Of a stretch of DNA of 42,076 nt, positions 36,300 to 42,076 are shown piece by piece. The notes below the pieces were generated by a model. It saw only the letters and a list, made by a program, of their open reading frames with translations, made no database searches and was not told where the DNA came from. Both the position numbers and the translations under genes were made by a program. The DNA lies in NCBI GenBank assembly GCA_002313355.1, contig DCBD01000111.1:1-42076 (forward strand), read 5' to 3'. Origin of the DNA: Opitutia bacterium UBA1116. Its GTDB lineage: Bacteria > Verrucomicrobiota > Verrucomicrobiia > Opitutales > UBA1977. Position 1 is the first letter of the stretch, and each line of letters opens with the position of its first letter.

Positions 36300-38404
36300 C
36301 AGCCGCAAAAAAATCTGAGGATAAACCCTCTGGAAAAGTTGCTTATTTCAACCGAGAACTGAGCTGGCTTGCCTTTAATCGCCGTGTACTAGAACAAGCA
36401 CAATCTGACGACTTTCCTCTTCTTGAGCGCTTACGATTTCTCTCCTTTGTCAGCTCTAATTTAGACGAGTTCTACGAAATTCGAGTCGCTGGCCTCATGC
36501 AACAAGTAGATTCTGGAATCCACGAAGTCAGTGCGGACGGCCTTGGACCCAGGGAACAGTTAAGACGGATTCACAGCATCACAGCGACCCTGGTTAAAGA
36601 CCAGTATCGATGCTGGAACAAAGCTATTATCCCAGGGCTTAAAAAAGAAAACGTATTTTTTAAAACAACCAAGGACCTAAGCAAGCAAGAGTTAGACTGG
36701 GTCAAAGAATTTTACGAAAACCAAATTTACCCCGTTTTAACACCCCTAGCCATTGACCCAGCACACCCATTTCCACAATTTACGAATAAGGCACTTTATA
36801 TCCTCGTCTCACTCGAAAACCCAAGGTCCAAGGAAAACAAACACACCATGGCCGTTATCCCTGTACCACGGATATTGCCACGGGTGATTCAAATCAAAGC
36901 TGCACCCGCAGAAAAGCCTGCCTATATCTTCCTTTCAGACATTCTTGGATTATTTGCTAACCGTCTCTTTCCTGGCTACAAGGTATTGGGCACTTGGGAT
37001 TTTCGCATAACACGCAATAGCGATCTTTATATTGACGAAGAAGAAACAGAAAATCTGCTTCAAGAAATCGAAGAAGAACTTCTTAATATGCGCAAAGGTG
37101 CAGCCGTTCGACTTGAAATACGGAAAGGCGTTGATGAATCTCTACTAGAACAACTCCTGCAGTCTATCCATCTAACTCAAGAATATGTGTTTCGCGTAGA
37201 CGGCCCTCCTAATCTCATGCGCCTCATGAGCGTCTATGATATTATCAATCGCCCCGATCTTAAATTCAAAGCGTTTATCCCGCATACACCGCCCAAACTT
37301 AGTGAGCCCAAAGCTCTTTTCGAAATCATTTCCAAAGAAGATATTTTATTACACCATCCATATGATTCTTTCACTCCTGTCGTCGACTTCGTTCAACAAG
37401 CAGCTCATGACCCACAAGTATTTGCCATTAAACAAACACTCTATAGAACCAGCGGAGATTCCCCCATCATTGCAGCCTTGAGTGAGGCTTCTCAAAACGG
37501 AAAGCAAGTAACCGCCCTGATTGAACTCAAAGCTCGTTTTGACGAAGCCAATAATATCGAATGGGCGAGAAAGCTTGAAGACGTTGGTGTCCACGTAGTT
37601 TATGGGCTTGTTGGACTAAAAACCCACTGCAAATGTTGCCTTGTTGTAAGGCAGGAAAAGGGCGGCCTTAAACGCTATGTGCACCTAGGAACGGGTAATT
37701 ACAACCCCAAGACGGCCAAAAGCTATACTGACATCAGTCTATTTACCGCACAAAAATCTATTACTGAAGAAGTTGCAGATCTATTCAACACATTAACAGG
37801 CTATGCCCATGCCCCAAATTTTCAAAAACTACTTGTATCACCCTTCAACCTACACAAAGCCATTTTGGAGAAGATTAAACGCGAGATTGAACATGCAAAA
37901 TCAGGTAAACCCGCTCGTATCTTTGCCAAGGTAAACAGCTTAATAGACAGGGAAATTATTGATCTTCTGTATCTTGCATCACAATCTGGCGTGTCGATAT
38001 TTCTGCTTGTTCGGGGCATCTGCGGGCTCGTCCCGGGAGTTCCTGGCTTAAGTGACAATATCACCGTCAGAAGTATTTTAGGAAGGTTTCTCGAACATAG
38101 TCGCATCTACTATTTTGAAAATGCCGGCCATGAATCTGAACTATTTGCAGGCAGTGCTGACTGGATGCCTCGCAATTTCTTCAGGCGCATAGAAGCCGTG
38201 TTTCCTATTGAAAATAAAGAACTTAAAGACAAGTTCATCCACCTTTGGATCCCCGCTTTCATGAAAGATACATCAAGCGCCAAGGAACTAGATTTGAACG
38301 GCTCCTACATCAACCCGAACCCCGAAGAAACCACTGACAAAATATCCGCTCAAGCATACTTTATGCGCTTAAGCGAAGAAGCTCGCCAAATATACAAAAC
38401 TTAG
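36296..38404 (+). CDS. ppk: Polyphosphate kinase 1
   Basis: The product is 702 aa. [16 protein letters not shown] and [11 protein letters not shown] are typical N-terminal motifs, and two PLD-like HKD-type C-domains are present (HCKCCLV; LEHSRIY). An ATGA overlap couples it to the upstream gene. Confidence 0.95.
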   Translation: MTAAKKSEDKPSGKVAYFNRELSWLAFNRRVLEQAQSDDFPLLERLRFLSFVSSNLDEFYEIRVAGLMQQVDSGIHEVSADGLGPREQLRRIHSITATLVKDQYRCWNKAIIPGLKKENVFFKTTKDLSKQELDWVKEFYENQIYPVLTPLAIDPAHPFPQFTNKALYILVSLENPRSKENKHTMAVIPVPRILPRVIQIKAAPAEKPAYIFLSDILGLFANRLFPGYKVLGTWDFRITRNSDLYIDEEETENLLQEIEEELLNMRKGAAVRLEIRKGVDESLLEQLLQSIHLTQEYVFRVDGPPNLMRLMSVYDIINRPDLKFKAFIPHTPPKLSEPKALFEIISKEDILLHHPYDSFTPVVDFVQQAAHDPQVFAIKQTLYRTSGDSPIIAALSEASQNGKQVTALIELKARFDEANNIEWARKLEDVGVHVVYGLVGLKTHCKCCLVVRQEKGGLKRYVHLGTGNYNPKTAKSYTDISLFTAQKSITEEVADLFNTLTGYAHAPNFQKLLVSPFNLHKAILEKIKREIEHAKSGKPARIFAKVNSLIDREIIDLLYLASQSGVSIFLLVRGICGLVPGVPGLSDNITVRSILGRFLEHSRIYYFENAGHESELFAGSADWMPRNFFRRIEAVFPIENKELKDKFIHLWIPAFMKDTSSAKELDLNGSYINPNPEETTDKISAQAYFMRLSEEARQIYKT

Positions 38405-38469
38405 ACATACTAATGGTTTCAGCTAATTATAGGATTTTTAATAAAAAAAGTTTTACAATCGCTATAAAT

Positions 38470-38483
38470 AGCACTTAAGTGCT
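38470..38483. promoter_or_regulatory. Perfect 14-bp palindrome AGCACTTAAGTGCT, a candidate operator or weak ppk terminator
   Basis: Read directly from the sequence. It ends 10 nt before the ATG at 38493 and overlaps a possible promoter, TTTACA (38452-38457)-N17-TTAAGT. Confidence 0.35.
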
Positions 38484-38492
38484 TCTTAATTC

Positions 38493-39407
38493 ATGGTAAA
38501 TCCAGAACTAAAGTCTTTTACTGAGTCCGACGAGGAAGCACTCAAAAATTCTCTGAAACGCTGCTCTCCAGAAACTTTCGAGGCTGCGGCACTTTACCGC
38601 AAAACCGGCGATTCTTCAAAAGTTCCCGAAGTCGTTTTAGGCATTGTCGAACGCTTTCTTGAGCCCGAAGCACGCCCAAGGCTCCATCAATCAAATGCAG
38701 ATAAGCTTCGCCTCATTGAAGACCTGGGCATCGACTCATTGACCATGGTCGAAATTGTCATTCTCACTGAAGAGACGCTTTGCCTTACGATTGACAATGA
38801 AGAGCTTAAAGACTTAAGAACCCTTGAAGACGTTAAGGTCTTCGTCGACTGCAAAATCAAAGGCCTCCCCCTCCCGACAAAGCCGACACACGTTGATGTC
38901 GAGGAGATCTACAGCTTGATGCCCCATGGCCATCCTTTTCTCTTTCTTCAAAGTGCAACCTTAAGAAACAACGAAGCAAGTGCCACCTACGAAATCAGCG
39001 GAACTGAGTTTTTCCTAGAGGGTCATTTCAGAGAAAACCCTGTATTTCCAGCCTCTGTCATGCTAGAGGCTCTTGGCCAACTTGCAGTACTCTATCTCCT
39101 AAAAACAGAACGTCCCGAATTCGAAGGCAACGCCGTTGACAAAAACAAAATTTACTTTACTTCCTGCGATGGCGTTCGTGCGCATAGGATCTGCAAACCT
39201 AAAGACGTGCTAACACTTAACGTCAAACCCAAACGCATTAAGCACCCCATTGCAACCTTCGAGGGTCAAGTATCTGTGAGCGGCGAAAAAGCTGCATTTG
39301 CTGAAGAAATCACCCTTACATTCGACTTTAAAAAGCGCGACACAAAGACTGCAACTCAAACTACAGCAAAGCAAGGCGCTGAGCAGTTGCTTGTCGATCA
39401 AGACTAA
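38493..39407 (+). CDS. Fusion protein: acyl/peptidyl-carrier (ACP-like) domain plus FabZ/FabA-like hotdog dehydratase
   Basis: The carrier motif LGIDSLTMVEIV places the phosphopantetheine Ser at aa 82 (nt 38736-38738). It is followed in the same frame by dehydratase motifs MPHGHPFLFL and EGHFRENPVFPASVMLEALGQ (His178, Glu192). Confidence 0.8.
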   Translation: MVNPELKSFTESDEEALKNSLKRCSPETFEAAALYRKTGDSSKVPEVVLGIVERFLEPEARPRLHQSNADKLRLIEDLGIDSLTMVEIVILTEETLCLTIDNEELKDLRTLEDVKVFVDCKIKGLPLPTKPTHVDVEEIYSLMPHGHPFLFLQSATLRNNEASATYEISGTEFFLEGHFRENPVFPASVMLEALGQLAVLYLLKTERPEFEGNAVDKNKIYFTSCDGVRAHRICKPKDVLTLNVKPKRIKHPIATFEGQVSVSGEKAAFAEEITLTFDFKKRDTKTATQTTAKQGAEQLLVDQD

Positions 39408-39412
39408 GCCAT

Positions 39413-40684
39413 ATGCGAAATGTTGTTGTCACGGGCCTAGGGTTTGCTACTAGCATAGGAAACAATGCTTCGGCCGTATTAGACAGCCTTCAAAATCTTA
39501 AGCATGGGATAGCTCCTTTTGTGGATGCTATAGACCCCAGCAACCCAGTTCATGTTGCTGGCAACATTCAAGATTTTAACACTACAGGCTATGACCCTGA
39601 AGACTGGACCTACCCCGAAGAATACAACATTCGAAGAGAAGTCCTTCGAGGCCTATCACCTCATGGCTTATATGCACTCTGTGCCACAAAGCAAGCCATC
39701 GCAGACGCCAGCCTAACCGAAGACTTACTTTCTAATCCATCTACGGGCCTTTATACAGCTTCTGCAGGCTCTGCAGGCTGCTTAAGCCACCACATGGAGC
39801 GCATGAATGAGCGTGGTGTTTTACGATGCTACCCACTGGCCATTGTCGCATCCATCGCTGGGACGCTTACATTCAACCTTGTAGCCGCCTTAAAAATTCT
39901 CGGCTCATCATGCGGGTTTGTCTCTGCATGTGCTTCTTCAGGGCACGCGCTTGGCTATGCATTCGATGAGATTGCAACAGGCCGCCAAGACAGAATAATT
40001 GTCGTTGGCGCTGAAGACGGCAACCGCGAAAGCATCATTCCCTTTGCAGGTATGCGCGCACTAACGTCAAGCAAAGACCCAAATACCGCCTCTCGTCCTT
40101 TCGACAAAAACAGGGATGGCTTCGTATGCACGGGAGGGGCAACGACACTCATCCTAGAAGATGAATCTAGCGCACAAGCACGAGGCGCACGCATTTACGC
40201 ACGTTTTAATGGGTGGGGGCAGGCTTCCGATGGCTACAACGTCGCCATATCACACCCGGAGGGTGATGGCCTTGCTAGAGCGATCAACCTCGCACTGAAA
40301 GCAACCGGCATCAACGCACAAGATATTGACTACGTCAATGCACACGCAACATCGACCTCCATTGGGGACACCTCTGAAATGCGCGCTCTCAAGTCCGTTT
40401 TTCTTAACAATGGAGGGGCATCACCGGCTATCAGCAGCACAAAAGCTTTAACGGGGCACGGGCTTTCTCTTGCCAGCGCGATGGAGGCTGCTTTTTGCAC
40501 CCTTAGCATCCATCATGGTATTATGCCTGGCTCTGCACACATTGAAACACTCGATCCTGAGGCCGAAGGGCTCAACATCATCCAAGAGACACGCCCCGAA
40601 GCACCCAAAACGGTTTTGAGCAATAGCAGCGGGTTTGGTGGCGCCAATGTTGCGCTTATATTTTCCAAGTACAGCAATCCTTAA
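39413..40684 (+). CDS. Beta-ketoacyl-ACP synthase (KAS I/II-like, Cys-His-His), divergent
   Basis: VVVTGLGFATSIGN is a typical KAS opening. The active-site Cys lies in SACASSGHA (aa 173) and the two His in NAHATSTSIGD and LTGHGLSLA. The C-terminal NSSGFGGANVALIF motif is present. The signatures differ from the housekeeping FabF/FabB HGTST and GHxLGAAG. Confidence 0.85.
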   Translation: MRNVVVTGLGFATSIGNNASAVLDSLQNLKHGIAPFVDAIDPSNPVHVAGNIQDFNTTGYDPEDWTYPEEYNIRREVLRGLSPHGLYALCATKQAIADASLTEDLLSNPSTGLYTASAGSAGCLSHHMERMNERGVLRCYPLAIVASIAGTLTFNLVAALKILGSSCGFVSACASSGHALGYAFDEIATGRQDRIIVVGAEDGNRESIIPFAGMRALTSSKDPNTASRPFDKNRDGFVCTGGATTLILEDESSAQARGARIYARFNGWGQASDGYNVAISHPEGDGLARAINLALKATGINAQDIDYVNAHATSTSIGDTSEMRALKSVFLNNGGASPAISSTKALTGHGLSLASAMEAAFCTLSIHHGIMPGSAHIETLDPEAEGLNIIQETRPEAPKTVLSNSSGFGGANVALIFSKYSNP

Positions 40685-40693
40685 AATCTCACA

Positions 40694-41923
40694 ATGAAGA
40701 TTGCTTACTTTTGCACAACATTTCCCGTGTTGTCAGAAACTTTTTTGCAACGAGAAGTGAATGCATTGCTCGAGCAAGATAATGTGTCCTTGTCTATCTA
40801 TTCACTGTGGGGAGGCCATCAAGCCTGGGGGGACGCAGCTATAACACGCATCTCAAAATGGAAACTCATCGCACTCCTATGGCAGCTTCCCTATTGGACG
40901 ATCAAAAACTCAAGCGCAGTAGGCGTTCTCCTCAAAGCACTCTTTAAGAGGCGACCTCCGTCTTGGCTCAATTTTGGAGAAAATTTACTAGGGATCGGCC
41001 TGGGGGTCTTCCTTGCCAGCAAAATTCAAAAAAACAAGCCCGACCTACTTCACGCAACGTGGGCGAGCATGCCCGCAGCAACCGCATGGACCTTGAGTCA
41101 ACTTTTAGACATTCCTTTTTCAATGGGTGCCCATGCTTACGACATTTTCGAGGACGGAGGCGATTGGCTTCTCAGAGAAAAAGCATCAGAAGCCCAGTTT
41201 ATTCAAACATCAACAGATAATGCGGCACGTGCACTGCAAACAAAACTTTCTTTTGCCCAGAAAAAAATAAAGCTGATTCGCAGAGGACTTAACACACTGC
41301 TTCCCCTCAAAAGTCTTCGTCAAGACCCAAGCCAATTTCACTTCATTAGCATTGGCCGACTTGTTGAAAAAAAAGGTTACGAACTTCAGCTCGATATTTA
41401 TAAGGCATTCAAAGAGGCCGGTATTCCCTTCAAGGTTAAAATTGCCGGCACAGGCCCCTTGCATCAAAAGCTGCAAGCGCGCTGCAAAGCACTTAGCCTA
41501 GAAAACTGTGTGGAATTTCTTGGAGCTCAAACTCAAACAGAAATTCATGAGCTCTATGCCTGGGCAGACTACATGCTATTCACAGGCATTATTGCCTCCA
41601 ATGGTGATCGTGATGGCCTGCCAAACGTCATTCCTGAGGCCATGGCTGCTGGTGTTATTGTGCTTGCAAGTCCAGGGGCGGGGACTCAAGAAGCCATCTT
41701 CCACAAACAAACAGGGATGCTAGCAACGCCTCAAGATCCTCAGCTATGGCTGGCGGCAGTCAAAGAGCTTGAAAGTACTCCGTCCTTAAAAACCGCATTG
41801 CAGCGCAATGCACGTCTTTGGGTTGAGGAGCATTTTAATGCAAGTGTCAACACCAAGCGTTTATGCAAACATTTTCAAGTTGCAGCAAACGCTAAGAGCA
41901 AAGTTCAAGAACTCCACCCATGA
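40694..41923 (+). CDS. Glycosyltransferase family 4 (WcaL-like)
   Basis: The KIAYFCTTFPVLSETFLQREV opening is typical of WcaL-like GT4 enzymes. HFISIGRLVEKKGY and DGLPNVIPEAMAAGVIVLASPGAG are also present. Confidence 0.8.
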   Translation: MKIAYFCTTFPVLSETFLQREVNALLEQDNVSLSIYSLWGGHQAWGDAAITRISKWKLIALLWQLPYWTIKNSSAVGVLLKALFKRRPPSWLNFGENLLGIGLGVFLASKIQKNKPDLLHATWASMPAATAWTLSQLLDIPFSMGAHAYDIFEDGGDWLLREKASEAQFIQTSTDNAARALQTKLSFAQKKIKLIRRGLNTLLPLKSLRQDPSQFHFISIGRLVEKKGYELQLDIYKAFKEAGIPFKVKIAGTGPLHQKLQARCKALSLENCVEFLGAQTQTEIHELYAWADYMLFTGIIASNGDRDGLPNVIPEAMAAGVIVLASPGAGTQEAIFHKQTGMLATPQDPQLWLAAVKELESTPSLKTALQRNARLWVEEHFNASVNTKRLCKHFQVAANAKSKVQELHP

Positions 41924-42076
41924 CCTGCTCAACGGTGATTTGATCAAAAACGCGCTTCCACCAAGTTGCTCGAGATTCAGGCCAACGCCGTCGAATCATA
42001 GGTTGTTCAACGACATAAACACGCTCACCTAAAGGCGCCCAACGTTTTGCGCAATGAACTGGGTGCGCACTCATAA
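41892..42076 (-). CDS. Possible 3' end of an unidentified convergent gene running off the window
   Basis: A minus-strand frame is open from the window edge to the stop at 41892 and overlaps the GT4 3' end by 32 nt. The translation is Arg/Trp-rich and I did not recognise it, so it may be spurious. Confidence 0.2.
   Translation of the reverse strand, partial: MSAHPVHCAKRWAPLGERVYVVEQPMIRRRWPESRATWWKRVFDQITVEQVMGGVLELCS

Noticed and set aside
41808-42032. 74-aa plus-strand ORF overlapping the GT4 3' end
   Set aside because: It lies in an alternative frame of a well-supported GT4 gene, has no RBS and has an unconvincing composition.
1-42076. Sigma-54 promoters (TGGCAC-N5-TTGCW) that could be targets of the bEBP at 1594-2931
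   Set aside because: All the TGGCAC occurrences I spotted lack a correctly spaced -12 GC element and lie inside coding regions. Examples are near 121, 3353, 14833, 18201 and 30458 on the plus strand, and the complements near 23950, 38990 and 39690.
1-42076. Mobile elements, CRISPR arrays, restriction-modification, toxin-antitoxin or other defence systems
   Set aside because: No transposase, integrase or recombinase-like ORFs were seen. There are no regularly spaced direct repeats and no Cas, RT, nuclease-helicase or methylase signatures in any of the long ORFs. The only accessory-looking DNA is the glycan operon.

Overview
The window looks like a chromosomal segment from a Gram-negative bacterium, possibly of the PVC/Verrucomicrobia group. 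That guess rests on an archaeal-type ProRS, a TIGR03790-like protein and a sigma-54 activator, and it is inference only. GC is mid-range by eye.

Most of the window is tightly packed housekeeping DNA:
- a Fur-family gene followed by sufC-sufB-sufD-sufT, then clpP
- proS, infC and an A-type Fe-S carrier
- cdd, upp and rbsK
- a translationally coupled run of htpG, a SPOUT-like gene, an aldehyde dehydrogenase and ppk1

Three parts stand out.
1. A 530-bp divergent intergenic region (16079-16609) carries four related 14-bp dyad boxes. Two of them close a 97-nt hairpin with a perfect 16-bp stem, and an extremely AT-rich block follows.
2. Immediately downstream is a 13-gene, 12.5-kb co-directional glycan-assembly operon (16610-29129). 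It has about 10 glycosyltransferases, a Wzy-like polymerase, a methyltransferase and an acetyltransferase. It has no flippase, chain-length regulator, initiating phosphoglycosyltransferase or sugar-nucleotide genes.
3. At the right edge is a compact lipid-type module (38493-41923): a single polypeptide fusing an acyl-carrier domain to a FabZ/FabA-like dehydratase, then a divergent Cys-His-His ketosynthase, then a GT4 glycosyltransferase. A perfect palindrome sits just upstream.

I found no tRNA or rRNA genes, CRISPR arrays, transposases, integrases or recognisable defence genes. All family assignments come from motif recognition by eye on the supplied translations. No database search was run.
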